64,000 nt of DNA from a virus, in the IMG/VR virus record IMGVR_UViG_3300046168_000050. The stretch is one strand, 5' to 3'. Of this stretch, positions 63,186 through 64,000 are shown piece after piece. The notes under the pieces are model-generated. The model was given only the letters and a program-made list of their open reading frames with translations. It did not search any database and was not told the DNA's origin. Both the position numbers and the translations under genes were made by a program. Positions within the stretch are counted from its first letter, which is position 1; each line of letters opens with the position of its first letter.

Positions 63186-64000
63186 TTGTTTTCTCTTTAT
63201 TCAGCATTTTACGCAGCTTAAGAAGCTTCTCTTTATTGCTATCTGATACCTTTGCTACTTTAGTTGTAGCTTCTGATTTCATAGCATTTTTTACATGCCG
63301 CAGTTTTTGTTGATACTTAGCAATCTCTTGGTCAATAGACGGATTTTTTGCACCTTTTAATTTTTTAGTTTGAAGATCACCGATTTGTCTGCTAAAACTA
63401 GCATGCTTATCTTTTAATTTATTTGCCGGATGTTTAAGATAAGGATTCATGTCTTCTTCAACTGCCTCACCATAAGGTTTTTTAGTAACTGCTTTGCGAA
63501 ACTGCTTGGCTCTCACGTTTGTAGCCATGTCCATACCTTTTTCGCGCCGGCGAATAACATCTTTTTCTTTTGAGATGTCTTTATTGCCTCTTACAATCTT
63601 TGCAGTTGCAGAGTTACGCGCACGATCACTTTGTGCTTTAGCTTTATTATGATACCTATCCATTGCTCCTGGAGTATCTAATACTTCATCAACTGATTCT
63701 TTTTTTCTTTTTATTCCTACAGCGTGTATAGCACCCTTTAAACGGTTATTTGCTTTTCTTGTACCGCTGAAAGCATCATCACCCTTTGTTTTATCTAAAT
63801 AAGATTGGGCGGTTTTTTTAGAAATTTCGTTAACTTCTTCTTTCATATCTTTAACTTTACCATTCTTTAAATGGCGCTTAATAGTTTTACCAGCTTTTGT
63901 TTGCATAGTTACAATATGACCACCATCTGGGTGAGGCTTACTATTGATGATTTTCATTTTGTCACGCTGCCCGGCATAAGTATTAGCTTCATTTTTCTTT
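63178..64000 (-). CDS. Lys/Glu-rich putative internal head protein (5' end beyond the window)
   Basis: Frame stays open from 63957 to the window end; repeated MKEEVNEIS, ESVDEV, EAVEE modules. Confidence 0.6.
   Translation of the reverse strand, partial: KKNEANTYAGQRDKMKIINSKPHPDGGHIVTMQTKAGKTIKRHLKNGKVKDMKEEVNEISKKTAQSYLDKTKGDDAFSGTRKANNRLKGAIHAVGIKRKKESVDEVLDTPGAMDRYHNKAKAQSDRARNSATAKIVRGNKDISKEKDVIRRREKGMDMATNVRAKQFRKAVTKKPYGEAVEEDMNPYLKHPANKLKDKHASFSRQIGDLQTKKLKGAKNPSIDQEIAKYQQKLRHVKNAMKSEATTKVAKVSDSNKEKLLKLRKMLNKEKTND

Noticed and set aside
1-64000. Stop-codon reassignment or a diversity-generating retroelement
   Set aside because: Genes are full length in code 11 with all three stop codons in use; no reverse transcriptase or adenine-specific TR/VR pair was seen.

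Overview
This 64 kb window is part of a lytic T4-like myovirus genome (AT-rich, probably marine; the host cannot be fixed from sequence). From left to right it holds five blocks. (1) 1-29.4 kb, minus strand: tail fibres and baseplate (S74-chaperoned fibre, a split DUF4815/VrlC-like protein, gp8, gp9/10-like, gp7, gp6, gp25, a three-gene gp5 module, gp27-like, gp53, gp48). (2) 29.5-34.1 kb, plus strand: gp4, gp2, gp54, gp26, gp51 and a gp29-like tape measure. (3) 34.1-43.8 kb: gp32, gp33 and many small early ORFs, tRNA-Arg(UCU) and two candidate structured RNAs. (4) 43.8-51.7 kb: an 11-gene glycan cluster (7 glycosyltransferase-like genes, 2 methyltransferases, galE, glf). (5) 51.9-64 kb: HAD phosphatase, glutaredoxin, phoH, rnh, a GIY-YIG gene, class Id-type nrdAB, spanins and putative internal head proteins. 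T4 late promoters (TATAAATA) and eight copies of an early-type promoter (TGTACA-N17-TAG[AGT]AT, often with an IHF-like box) are visible. The best leads are: a -1 ribosomal frameshift signal fusing gp26 to a start-less gp51 just before the tape measure; a possible virion O-glycosylation system (glycan cluster plus Asp-Ser motifs in fibre and baseplate proteins); and a 193-nt RNA whose 22-bp closing stem sequesters a ribosome binding site. All assignments come from recognising motifs by eye; no database searches were run.
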